NCBI GenBank assembly: GCA_936920195.1
Contig: CAKZHE010000145.1
Location: forward strand, 1-19,208
DNA: 19,208 bases
Reading direction: 5' to 3'
Source: an uncultured cyanobacterium
Lineage (GTDB): Bacteria > Cyanobacteriota > Cyanobacteriia > Cyanobacteriales > FACHB-T130
The notes beneath the pieces were generated by a model. That model did no database searches and had not been told where the DNA came from. It saw only the letters and a list, made by a program, of their open reading frames with translations. The position numbers were made by a program, and so were the translations under genes. Of the stretch, positions 6,410 to 15,301 are shown piece by piece; within the stretch, counting starts at the first letter, position 1, and the number at the start of each line of letters is the position of its first letter.

Positions 6410-7921
6410 ATGTTTACTGCATCAGAAACTACCGCCACAGTTTTAATCGTATTAGTCGCTTTAGGCATTCTCGGTTGGGGCTTTTATCGTGCTAAACCCT
6501 TCGGTAAAATCGGCATCCTAGCCTGGTTGCAATCCGTAGCCCTGATGACTCCCTGGCTATTATTTTTCGGCTTATTTGCCGCCGGAATTTACATCAATTT
6601 AGTTGGCATTCTCTTGCTGCTAATTGTTTCCACTGGTTTGTATATCTTCTTGGGCAGTAAACTGCGAGCCGCTAGTCAAGATTTGGGATTGAGAGAACAG
6701 GTGGCTCGCGCTGTCAGAGAGCGACAAGAATCATCAAATCAACCTACTGAGGCAAGTGCCGCGACAACTCCACCTACAGATCCTCTCAAAGTCGAAGTTG
6801 TGCCAATTCCCGATGAAGATTTGAAAAAGATTCAGGGAATTTTTGGGTTTGAAACCTTTTTTGCTACAGAAACTATACCCTATCAGGATGGGGTGATTTT
6901 TAACGGCAATCTGCGGGGGGAACCAGCAACAGTCTACGAACGACTATCTGCTAGTTTAAAAGAAAGATTGAGCGATCGCTATCGGTTATTCCTGATTCAA
7001 AATCCCGAAGAAAAACCCGTAGTCATTATCCTCCCCAGCAGCAACCAACCTCAACCCAGTACCACTGCTCAAAAAGCTTTAGCCGTAGCTCTTTTCCTGG
7101 CTACCGTACTTACCAGCTTAGAAACAGCCAGTTTTTTACTCGGTTTTAGTTTATTTGATAACTTCAATCGTCTCCCCGAAGCCTTACCCCTAAGCTTAGG
7201 TTTTTGGGTAGTCTTAGCCGCCTACGAAATTGGACGGCGATGGGTAGCCAAACAAGAAAAAGTTAGCCTCAGTTGGCCTTTGTTTATTCCCACCGTTCAA
7301 ATTGGATCTTTTGGAGCCATTGTTCGATTTGAATCCCTGCTCCCCAACCGCAGCACCCTGTTTGATATTGCCCTAGCCGGACCCGCAGCCAGCGCGATTA
7401 TTTCAGTCATCATGTTACTAACTGGCTTATTGCTTTCTCATCCCGGCAGTTTATTTCAGATTCCATCGGAGTTTTTTCAAGGCTCAATTTTAGTTGGCAG
7501 TTTGGCTCGCGTTGTCCTCGGTTCGGCTCTCCATCAAACGATTGTTGATATTCACCCGCTAACTGTAATTGGCTGGTTGGGTTTAGTAATTACCGCCTTA
7601 AACTTAATGCCTGCCGGACAACTGGATGGAGGGCGAATTATCCAAGCTATTTACGGACGAAAAATTGCTCGTCGCTCTACCGTTGCCACCCTAATTATTC
7701 TGGGGATTTTATCATTTGCAAATCCCGGCAATCCTTTAGTTTTATATTGGGCGATTGTCATTCTCTTTTTGCAACGGGATTTAGAACGGCCTAGTTTGAA
7801 TGAACTTTCGGAACCAGATGATGCTAGAGCCGCTTTAGGATTATTAGCATTGTTTTTAACCATTGCCACACTCTTACCCCTAACTCCCGGATTAGCTGGT
7901 CGTCTGGGAATTGGCGGATAA
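6410..7921 (+). CDS. site-2-protease (peptidase M50) family membrane protein, EGY-like, with a degenerate zinc-binding motif
   Basis: 503-aa polytopic ORF. The conserved third motif NLMPAGQLDGGRI (NxxPxxxLDGG) is present. Where HExxH is expected, the sequence reads LAAYEIGRRWVA (H to Y and H to R). Confidence 0.7.
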   Translation: MFTASETTATVLIVLVALGILGWGFYRAKPFGKIGILAWLQSVALMTPWLLFFGLFAAGIYINLVGILLLLIVSTGLYIFLGSKLRAASQDLGLREQVARAVRERQESSNQPTEASAATTPPTDPLKVEVVPIPDEDLKKIQGIFGFETFFATETIPYQDGVIFNGNLRGEPATVYERLSASLKERLSDRYRLFLIQNPEEKPVVIILPSSNQPQPSTTAQKALAVALFLATVLTSLETASFLLGFSLFDNFNRLPEALPLSLGFWVVLAAYEIGRRWVAKQEKVSLSWPLFIPTVQIGSFGAIVRFESLLPNRSTLFDIALAGPAASAIISVIMLLTGLLLSHPGSLFQIPSEFFQGSILVGSLARVVLGSALHQTIVDIHPLTVIGWLGLVITALNLMPAGQLDGGRIIQAIYGRKIARRSTVATLIILGILSFANPGNPLVLYWAIVILFLQRDLERPSLNELSEPDDARAALGLLALFLTIATLLPLTPGLAGRLGIGG

Positions 7922-7929
7922 TATCAATT

Positions 7930-8010
7930 GTAGGTTGGGTTGCGCGACAGCAAAACCCAACAAACTACTTATAAATGTTGGGTTTCCACTGTCGTTCCAA
8001 CCCAACCTAC
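7930..8010. repeat. dispersed hairpin repeat, copy A, present as an imperfect inverted pair (MITE- or terminator-like)
   Basis: gtaggttgggttgcgcgacagcaaaacccaacaaac (7930-7965) is identical over 36 nt to 18978-19013. Its imperfect reverse complement lies at 7977-8010. The unit contains an internal hairpin gttgggtt...aacccaac. Confidence 0.7.
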
Positions 8011-8162
8011 TTTGAGTATTATTGAGATCTGCATCACTAGGCCGAAAGTAAATTATCACTAACCAAACCCCTCTGAAATCCTAGTAAGTCAGGAAAGTCC
8101 CATGAATACTATGAAGTAAAGGGATAATTGCTTTCTCAAGCCCTGCTACTAGAGCCGATTTT

Positions 8163-8744
8163 ATGAATGACTCAGAGTGCCAAGAAGATATCATCGCTGC
8201 CAATGAGGAATCGCTGTTGCAATTGAAGCGATCGCTCATTCTCTCCCAAGGCGATTTTTCGATAATATTGGCTTATTGTCCCTCAAAACGCCTGCGGAAG
8301 CAAATTGCCCAACAGCTACATGAGTCATTAGCGATCGCCATCCAAGATCTTACTCTGCCTCCGTCTGCCCAAACGCTATATACTACAATTTATCATGCTC
8401 TGCCCGAACCCCATCCCGAAGCCTTGATGGTATTTGGTTTAGAGTCTGTGGTCAATATTGAAGAATTGTTAGTTGCCACCAACTTTGTCCGCGACGAGTT
8501 TCGCAAGCAATTTTCTTTTCCCCTAGTTCTGTGGGTTAATCAAGAAATTTTACAAAAAATGATTCGGCTCGCCCCAGATTTTAAGAATTGGACAACCACA
8601 GCGATTCGCTTTGAACGAGTCTGCAATAAAGTAGTGGATTTTCCCCATCGTCCCAGCACCTCAACCAAGAGGAGAAAAAAGGCTAAACATAGTTTACCAC
8701 CAATCCAACGCCGATATGATGACGATCGCCCAATCAGTTTATAG
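8163..8744 (+). CDS. hypothetical protein (193 aa) with a basic C-terminal tail
   Basis: ORF track. Coding-like composition. It is convergent with the 8746..9495 ORF and their stop codons abut. From memory, the motif block GDFSIILAYC...LMVFGLESV...FPLVLWVN...LAPDF resembles an N-terminal module of large cyanobacterial multidomain proteins. This is unverified. Confidence 0.5.
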   Translation: MNDSECQEDIIAANEESLLQLKRSLILSQGDFSIILAYCPSKRLRKQIAQQLHESLAIAIQDLTLPPSAQTLYTTIYHALPEPHPEALMVFGLESVVNIEELLVATNFVRDEFRKQFSFPLVLWVNQEILQKMIRLAPDFKNWTTTAIRFERVCNKVVDFPHRPSTSTKRRKKAKHSLPPIQRRYDDDRPISL

Positions 8745-8745
8745 T

Positions 8746-9495
8746 TTATCGCCTTCTCCGTTTAGTTCTTGTGGGACGTTCTGAGCGATACTCCCGCTCA
8801 TCATCGGGATATTCTAACTGGCGGCTAACTTCAGCAAAAAGATCTCTTCGCAGATAGGGATAGTCGCTTACCCACAAATTACGATCGGGAATATAAATAT
8901 CAGAAGTTTTGACAATGCTGCTGAGATCTCCCCGGTAGGACATAACTAGCATCTCCGCAATTAAACCTGGTGCGATCGCTTTGTGTTCCCGACGCAAAGG
9001 AACTTGCAATTGGGTAGTAAATCCGGTTTCATCTCCTACTTCAATATTCAGCCTGCGTTCGCGATTTTCGACAATTACTAATTGGCCTTTTTTATTAACA
9101 GTTTCTTCTTCCCCAATCAACTCTTCGGTAATGTAGATATCTAAAACTTGACCGCGCCAAAAGCCACTATAGGGGAGTTTGCGATTGCTGGCATTGCGAA
9201 TGCTCGCCCATAATACGGGACCCCACAACCAGTATAAACCAAGAAAAATCCCAATTAAAAATAGGATGCCTTCGGAATCTTCCCCCAAAAATGACCGGAG
9301 CAGCAGCAAAACGACGATCCCGACTACCGAAATCAACAGTCGTTTTAAAAAATCTGGAAATTTCCCCCAATAGAAGGTGTACTGAGGGCCAGTCGCCATC
9401 AGGGGGATAATCTGTTCAAATTTTTTGCGGGTTAAGGGGATGAGCATAAGGCCAGAAGCGACTAAAAAGCCAATAATTTTAATTATAACAAACAC
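8746..9495 (-). CDS. hypothetical membrane protein: 3-4 N-terminal TM helices, a soluble C-terminal domain and an Arg-rich tail
   Basis: 249-aa ORF. Its start lies 22 nt downstream of the GH3 gene stop on the same strand, so it is probably the last gene of the operon. Confidence 0.55.
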   Translation of the reverse strand: MFVIIKIIGFLVASGLMLIPLTRKKFEQIIPLMATGPQYTFYWGKFPDFLKRLLISVVGIVVLLLLRSFLGEDSEGILFLIGIFLGLYWLWGPVLWASIRNASNRKLPYSGFWRGQVLDIYITEELIGEEETVNKKGQLVIVENRERRLNIEVGDETGFTTQLQVPLRREHKAIAPGLIAEMLVMSYRGDLSSIVKTSDIYIPDRNLWVSDYPYLRRDLFAEVSRQLEYPDDEREYRSERPTRTKRRRR

Positions 9496-9517
9496 TTTGT
9501 TGAAAATGACTATCAGT

Positions 9518-11044
9518 TTAAAAAAGGGATTTCAATGTTTGTAGCAGTGTATCATTAATGGGGGTTGCGGTCAAAATTGGATGTTTAATTCCGCCCCAAA
9601 TACTCCCGTTACGAACGCGGTCTAATGCTAAAATTTCAGGAATGCGATCGCCTATCAAAACCTGGGTTGGAGCAAGTTGCTCGAGCAGTCTGGCGCGGCG
9701 ATAGTGGATGGATTGGGATAAGAGATTATCCAAATCTTGAGCAATGATATCTGGGGTTTGGATGGCTGAATCTAGTAACAGGATATAGTGCGGGGGATGG
9801 GCAACGGGAACTAAGGTTTTAAAACAGTTTTCTGGCAAGTTTAATTGATTTAATACCTGATGAACAAAGGTTTCTTGAAGTTTTTCGCCAACTAAATCGC
9901 TAATAGAGCTATCGCGCCCTAGAAATTCTAAGCAAGGAGTGTTGTGATACCAATGGGTGACGCGAATGCGATCGCCAATCCGATAGCGATATAAACCGCC
10001 TTTTTGGGATAGGATAATAGTGTATTCCTGCCCGGTGCTGAGTTCGGGTAATTTGTATAAATTGCCAGCATTATCTTCAAACTCAAAAAAAACTTCATCT
10101 AAAACTGGTACATATCCCTCGGCGGCAATTAAGGGAATTGTCATGGGAGCTTCGGTAGCTAATAAACCTTTGCCTTGAATAAATACGCCGGGAAAGTGCG
10201 ATCGCAGTCCTTTAGCTTGATCGGCGGCATTAGCACTATCCCAACAAGAAATTAGTTTTAAATTTGACCAAAGTTCTGTCCAAGGAATATTAGGCTCTGT
10301 TAGCAGTTGTAGACGATGGGCAGAAAGGCGATCGCGCAATTCTGCTTGTAATAACAGATGATTTTCTTGAATATATTTTAAATGGACTTGCAAAAAACTG
10401 GGACTCCAAACAGAAATAATTTCGAGATTTTCTGCCTGTAATAAGGCTAAACAAAGTTGATGTTTAAACCTTTGGGGATCGCGGAGGCGATTAAGTCCAG
10501 CAGGCATGACTAACCAAGGGCGCAACAGCCACTGCAACCAACTATCTAAATAGTCTAAATCATCTTGCAAAGATAGGGGGCGATCTGCGGAGGAATTGGC
10601 TGAATCTAATTGAGGGGAAATACAAGCATAAAGTTTTCCGGTGGAGAATTTCGGTCCATGTTGAATTAAATCCTGCGCCCAGATACAAAACATCTGGTTA
10701 AATGATTTCCGCAGGGAACGAGTATAGGGAATCCATTTAACTGCCCCGCTACTACCAGAAGTTTTTTCATAAAATAAGATTTGTTCGGGAGTTAGGGGAA
10801 TTTTATTTGGTTTAGAATCAGTTAAAATCCAAGGTTCAATGGTATCATAATTCACAATGGGAACGCGCTGCCAATCGGCAACAGAATTAATTCCCAAGAA
10901 TTGACCATACTGGCTAAAAATTAGGCGATCGCAGATATTTTGTTGGACGGCGGCTTGAGTTAATTCGGGGTGATTGAGGGCTTGCTGAAATCGGCGAGCC
11001 GTTGGGGTGAGAACCTGCCCAAAAAGCTGAATAAACTTCCGCAT
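9518..11044 (-). CDS. GH3-family acyl-acid amido synthetase (adenylate-forming; JAR1/GH3-like)
   Basis: 508-aa ORF. GH3 motifs are present: EKTSGSSGAVKWIPYT (the SSGTxxGxxKxIP box) and GLYRYRIGDRIRV (the YRYxxGD box). Confidence 0.78.
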   Translation of the reverse strand: MRKFIQLFGQVLTPTARRFQQALNHPELTQAAVQQNICDRLIFSQYGQFLGINSVADWQRVPIVNYDTIEPWILTDSKPNKIPLTPEQILFYEKTSGSSGAVKWIPYTRSLRKSFNQMFCIWAQDLIQHGPKFSTGKLYACISPQLDSANSSADRPLSLQDDLDYLDSWLQWLLRPWLVMPAGLNRLRDPQRFKHQLCLALLQAENLEIISVWSPSFLQVHLKYIQENHLLLQAELRDRLSAHRLQLLTEPNIPWTELWSNLKLISCWDSANAADQAKGLRSHFPGVFIQGKGLLATEAPMTIPLIAAEGYVPVLDEVFFEFEDNAGNLYKLPELSTGQEYTIILSQKGGLYRYRIGDRIRVTHWYHNTPCLEFLGRDSSISDLVGEKLQETFVHQVLNQLNLPENCFKTLVPVAHPPHYILLLDSAIQTPDIIAQDLDNLLSQSIHYRRARLLEQLAPTQVLIGDRIPEILALDRVRNGSIWGGIKHPILTATPINDTLLQTLKSLF

Positions 11045-11652
11045 TATTCCACCTTTTCATTAATATAAAGTGTGGTCTGAAATTCTATATAAGCGCGATC
11101 GCCAATTTCTGTTCCTGGACCAAGATGGGAACCCGCACCTAGAAAAACATCATTGCCAACTTTAACTTTTTTCAGATATAACATTAAGTTTTGTTTGCGG
11201 GGTTTGATAATGTGAGAACACATGATCACGCGATGTCCAACCAGAACGCGATCGCCAATTTCTATGAAACCGCGATCGGCAATCTCTAATCCCGGAGTCC
11301 AATAAACATTTTTCCCCACCTTCGCTCCCCAAAGTCGCAACCACCAGGAAAATACCCCTGGAATTAGCCGCAGCACCACCTCTAACGCTGGAATTGCAAT
11401 ATAAATAGCTTGAATTTGATGACTGCCCCACCAAGGGCTATAATCCTTACTTAGCAAATAACTAATTCCCTCCTGGACAGGATAGAAATATTGATGCCAT
11501 CGGTACACTAGCAATGGGAATCCATAGAGAGAAAATAACACAGCCAAAAGACCAAATATACTCTGTGAATGCACCCAATAAACTATTGATGCTCCAGTTA
11601 AAAGTAACACTGAAGCCGGAAAAAACAAAAGAACTTTGCTGAGAAAAGTCAT
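11044..11652 (-). CDS. membrane-anchored hexapeptide-repeat (left-handed beta-helix) acyl/acetyltransferase
   Basis: 202-aa ORF. Two N-terminal TM helices. The C-terminus carries LbH repeats: IGDRVLVG, VGNDVFLGAGSHLGPGTEIGDRAYI. Its start overlaps the GH3 stop by 1 nt. Its stop is 2 nt from the upstream gene. Confidence 0.6.
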   Translation of the reverse strand: MTFLSKVLLFFPASVLLLTGASIVYWVHSQSIFGLLAVLFSLYGFPLLVYRWHQYFYPVQEGISYLLSKDYSPWWGSHQIQAIYIAIPALEVVLRLIPGVFSWWLRLWGAKVGKNVYWTPGLEIADRGFIEIGDRVLVGHRVIMCSHIIKPRKQNLMLYLKKVKVGNDVFLGAGSHLGPGTEIGDRAYIEFQTTLYINEKVE

Positions 11653-11653
11653 A

Positions 11654-12406
11654 TTATTTAAAAGGAAAAAAAAGCTTTTTGGTCAATGTTAGGGGTGTGG
11701 TAATTCCGATTTCTGCTGGCAAATCTTTCCCTGGATAAAATGTCCCATGCCATCTATCCCAGAGTTTAAAGTTAGCCCCATAATTGTAGTAGTGAACGCT
11801 ACAAGCATGATGACGAGCATGATCTTGGGGTAAAATTAGCCAAGGCGAGAGGTAGGAGTAGAGCCAACTATGGGGAGAAATAATCAATCGGCTATGTCGC
11901 CATAAATCCAAGGCTGAAGTTAGGCTAATTCCCAAAAGATAGCCTGTGGAATCAGCGAGTAGATATAAAAACAGGGCATGAATCCACAAATAAATAATTA
12001 AAAAACTTGCCCACAGAGTATTTCTAGATGTGCCGAAAACATCCATTTGAGTAACAGTATGATGAGTTTGATGAACTTGCCAAAACCATCCCCTATGCAA
12101 TAAACGATGATTCCAGTAATACCCATAATCGACTACCACGAAACTGAGGATAAAAGTAAAAATTGGCGATAATTGTAGACATCCCTGTTGAGCAGGCAGT
12201 AAATAATTATAAAGTTGATAAATCAAGGTAATTTGCAGCAGGGGAATTAACATTCCTTGAATAGATAATCCGGTACTATCTAGCAGCCAATCTTGCCAAC
12301 TTTTCGTTTTAAGTTGAGTTCTAGCCACGCGATCGCAGATTGTCCAGATTATCAAGCTCCCAAAAACTATTAAAACTAAAAGTTGGGTAAACATTGGCAT
12401 ATTCAC
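11654..12406 (-). CDS. fatty acid hydroxylase superfamily (sterol desaturase / FA hydroxylase, membrane di-iron) enzyme
   Basis: 250-aa hydrophobic ORF. Three His boxes: HRLLH (HX3H), HQTHH (HX2HH) and HARHH (HX2HH). Confidence 0.8.
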   Translation of the reverse strand: MNMPMFTQLLVLIVFGSLIIWTICDRVARTQLKTKSWQDWLLDSTGLSIQGMLIPLLQITLIYQLYNYLLPAQQGCLQLSPIFTFILSFVVVDYGYYWNHRLLHRGWFWQVHQTHHTVTQMDVFGTSRNTLWASFLIIYLWIHALFLYLLADSTGYLLGISLTSALDLWRHSRLIISPHSWLYSYLSPWLILPQDHARHHACSVHYYNYGANFKLWDRWHGTFYPGKDLPAEIGITTPLTLTKKLFFPFK

Positions 12407-12409
12407 ACC

Positions 12410-13432
12410 TCAAACCCAAAAGGTAACTTTAACTGATTGGTGGGAAAGCGATCGCGGATCTTCTCCAGCAGCGATCGCGTCTCGAATTGATTCGACAAAG
12501 ACATGAATTGTATCTGCTGGAGTATTCTGAAATTTTGTGCCATATTTGGCGATCGCCTCACCCTGAATCCCCAATATTTTCACATCTTGTCCAATAATAT
12601 GTTGTGCCGTCCACCAGACAAACGGACGAGCAAACCAATTCCAAATCCCATAATTATAAGTGACATCTGTATAAACCAAAGTTGTATTATCTGTTTCTGG
12701 AATCGATTGGCTAGTAATCAACAAACGGCGATTTTTTCCCATTTTATATTCCACAGAGGTAATATTGGGCATATAAAAGCGATCGATATGCTCAATCTTA
12801 GTTCCTTGGGCATTGAGAAAACCAGCATACCAACCTAAATTGGTTGTTTCATTCTGATATTCTACCAACACGCTACCATCTTTTCGCTCGACAGTCATCT
12901 CTAGTTTTTGCTTACGAGAAGTCCGAAAAACTCCGGGATGAACAGAAGCCGTATGGGGAATATCAATAAAGTTTTCGGCACAATTAGTCACATTGTTCTG
13001 AAAACGATTAATTACTCGGACTGTTTCCCAACCTGGTTGTCCATAATAAGGCATAGGAAAAGGCGTAAAATCTTCGCTGCTGCTATCGGCTAACCGGACA
13101 TAAACATAGCCATCCTGTTCTTTGGTAGCATAAACCTTGGCTTGCCGATGGGGAGAAGGTTTAAAATTATCACCTTCCGAGGGAACAGCAATTACCTTGC
13201 CATGACTATCATATACCCACCCATGATAAGGACATTGCAAAGCATGATTACAAACTTTTCCCACCGACAAACGGCTATTACGATGCAAACAGCGATCGCG
13301 CAATGCCACAGGTTCGCCATTTTCGCCGCGAAATATTGCCAGCCACTCTCCTAAAACGGTTCTTGCTAGTACCGTCTTTGGTTGCAGTTGTTCGCTCAGT
13401 GCTATAATATACCAGAAATCTTCAAATTTCAT
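12410..13432 (-). CDS. Rieske [2Fe-2S] non-heme iron oxygenase (alpha-subunit-like; KshA/PAO/SxtT-type size)
   Basis: 340-aa ORF. Rieske motif CLH-X16-CPYH (RCLHRN...QCPYHGW). Mononuclear iron motif NCAENFIDIPHTASVHPG (E/N-x2-D-x2-H-x4-H). Confidence 0.8.
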   Translation of the reverse strand: MKFEDFWYIIALSEQLQPKTVLARTVLGEWLAIFRGENGEPVALRDRCLHRNSRLSVGKVCNHALQCPYHGWVYDSHGKVIAVPSEGDNFKPSPHRQAKVYATKEQDGYVYVRLADSSSEDFTPFPMPYYGQPGWETVRVINRFQNNVTNCAENFIDIPHTASVHPGVFRTSRKQKLEMTVERKDGSVLVEYQNETTNLGWYAGFLNAQGTKIEHIDRFYMPNITSVEYKMGKNRRLLITSQSIPETDNTTLVYTDVTYNYGIWNWFARPFVWWTAQHIIGQDVKILGIQGEAIAKYGTKFQNTPADTIHVFVESIRDAIAAGEDPRSLSHQSVKVTFWV

Positions 13433-13477
13433 GCTGGTTAGTTGGCAAAGTCGAAGACAATGATATCATTATAAATT

Positions 13478-13768
13478 ATGACATTACAGGAATTGCAAAA
13501 ACAGGTATTGCATTTACCAATTAGCGATCGCTGTATATCTACTCTTTCTAATGAACGAATTTTAGCACTGACAGAACTAGAAATGGCAGCAGATCAAGAT
13601 GCTCGGTTGAGTGAATTACTCGATCGCCAGCAGGCAGGCATTCTTGCCGAAAATGAGTTTCCAGAGCTACAAATTCTTATGCAGACTTATCAAGAAGGAT
13701 TATTGCGGAAAGCAATTGCCCTCAGTGAAGCTGTTAAACGTGGATTAATTGAACCTTTGAGCCAGTGA
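13478..13768 (+). CDS. hypothetical small protein (96 aa), on the opposite strand in the gap between the ferredoxin and Rieske genes
   Basis: ORF track. It occupies a 374-bp gap with no competing minus-strand ORF. It is helical and Glu/Leu-rich. It weakly resembles small addiction-module / antitoxin-like components (MTLQELQKQVLHLPISDR...). This is unverified. Confidence 0.35.
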   Translation: MTLQELQKQVLHLPISDRCISTLSNERILALTELEMAADQDARLSELLDRQQAGILAENEFPELQILMQTYQEGLLRKAIALSEAVKRGLIEPLSQ

Positions 13769-13806
13769 ATCAGATTTCTGAACAAGTCCGAATACAAGAA
13801 TGTGAT

Positions 13807-14133
13807 TTATTGTTTTATTCGGCGAATTTCAAGATTATTCGTTAGGTTAATTTGGCAGGCTAATCGAGCATTTGGATTTTCGGGATATAATGTATCTAGC
13901 ATCTCTTGTTCATCCGGTTGAGGGGGAGAAATATCGCCAATTACCTCAACCAAACAAGTCCCACAAATTCCCGTTCGGCAACCAAACAATAGCGGTGAAT
14001 TGCGAATATTGAGATGCTCAGATAAATTTTGATGCGCTGACAGAATTACCGGAGGATATTCTGTGCCTGGAAAGTAAATCGTACATTGCTCAGACATGGC
14101 AAAAATTCTCCCGCTCAAACCGTTCAAAAGCAC
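13807..14133 (-). CDS. plant-type [2Fe-2S] ferredoxin (electron donor for the Rieske oxygenases)
   Basis: CX4CX2C...C motif: GCRTGICGTC ... ARLACQ. The likely true start is the internal Met (MSEQCTIYF) at about 14097. That would reduce the overlap with the upstream gene to a few nt. Confidence 0.75.
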   Translation of the reverse strand: MLLNGLSGRIFAMSEQCTIYFPGTEYPPVILSAHQNLSEHLNIRNSPLLFGCRTGICGTCLVEVIGDISPPQPDEQEMLDTLYPENPNARLACQINLTNNLEIRRIKQ

Positions 14134-15301
14134 TCTGTTGTGTTGCCAAATATCGGGGAATGGAATTACCTGCCATTAAAGACATTTCTCGATTCCTTTT
14201 CCACAAATAATCCAATTTTTCGATATAGACTTTATAAGATGCCATCGCCTCTTGATGAGTCAAAAAACTTCGGTGTAACCCTTCCGATTCTTCCAGAAAA
14301 CAGCGCCGCATCATCGCTTTGGCATCTCGATCGCTCATTTCAAAAATAGGCGATCGCAACACCCGATAAATCTTACCATACAGGGCGGGATCGTACCAAA
14401 AAATCCCATTAATCGCCGCTGAAAAGTGAAAATGATCCCGCTGACATCCCAGCAAACCTAAATTAGCTACCAGACTTTCAAAAGCTGTTGGCGGTGCTAA
14501 ACAGGTAATTACATCCTGAGAAACAATTGTGGAACTATTGAAATGAAAGCTTTCATCTAGAAAGTGATAATAAGAAATTTGGGCGGGAATCGGAGCCTGT
14601 TCTTGATGGGGATGCTTTTGATAATAATTACTGAGTTTGTGCTGAACAAGTTTGCCATTCAGAGTTCGCACCCCCCGCACCGTGAAATACTGACAAGCCA
14701 AGAAAGTATTATTGGCAGAAATTAGCCCAAAATACTGTAATTGGATCTTTTTCCACCAGGCTTTTAAGGCATTTGTATCGGCAAATACCATTGTTTCGGT
14801 AAAGGGTCCCCGCATCGGATAAGTGAAAATTAGCTCTCCAAATAAAGCCTGTTCAACCTGTTTAGAAATTGTCCGAAAGGCATTGATATGAGCGCGTTCT
14901 TGGGAGGATTCCAAATCTAACGTATCGCAAATTAATCGAAAGTCTTCCTGGGCATAAAGTCCGGTAGCACTGGTTTGATTAAAGAAAATAGTGGCAATTT
15001 CCGCCGAAACTATTTGGGAATAATATGCCACCCAATAAAGTTGATTTAAAATTACTCGTTGCTGGGGGCTAGCTTGTTCCCATAAAGGCGTACCATAGAG
15101 TAAGGAAAACTCCTCTGGATTCCAATATTCATCCCGGCAATCTTCATACCGAAACTTGCCTACTGTTTCATCCATCAAAGCCGTATGATCTTGTTGCTGG
15201 TTACGGTTGTGGTTAATTTGCAACTTCCGATATACTAGGGAACTACTAGATAATTGAGCAGGAGCTAGTGACATAGAATTAGCTGTTTTTAAAAAACACA
15301 T
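14090..15301 (-). CDS. dimetal-carboxylate (ferritin-like) oxygenase. It is AurF-type N-oxygenase-like, or possibly CylC-type halogenase-like.
   Basis: 403-aa ORF. EXXH motifs at QERAH and DESFH, with upstream carboxylates (SAEIATIFF). It overlaps the upstream ORF by 13 nt. The probable start is Met10 (MSLAPAQ). Confidence 0.5.
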   Translation of the reverse strand: MCFLKTANSMSLAPAQLSSSSLVYRKLQINHNRNQQQDHTALMDETVGKFRYEDCRDEYWNPEEFSLLYGTPLWEQASPQQRVILNQLYWVAYYSQIVSAEIATIFFNQTSATGLYAQEDFRLICDTLDLESSQERAHINAFRTISKQVEQALFGELIFTYPMRGPFTETMVFADTNALKAWWKKIQLQYFGLISANNTFLACQYFTVRGVRTLNGKLVQHKLSNYYQKHPHQEQAPIPAQISYYHFLDESFHFNSSTIVSQDVITCLAPPTAFESLVANLGLLGCQRDHFHFSAAINGIFWYDPALYGKIYRVLRSPIFEMSDRDAKAMMRRCFLEESEGLHRSFLTHQEAMASYKVYIEKLDYLWKRNREMSLMAGNSIPRYLATQQSAFERFERENFCHV

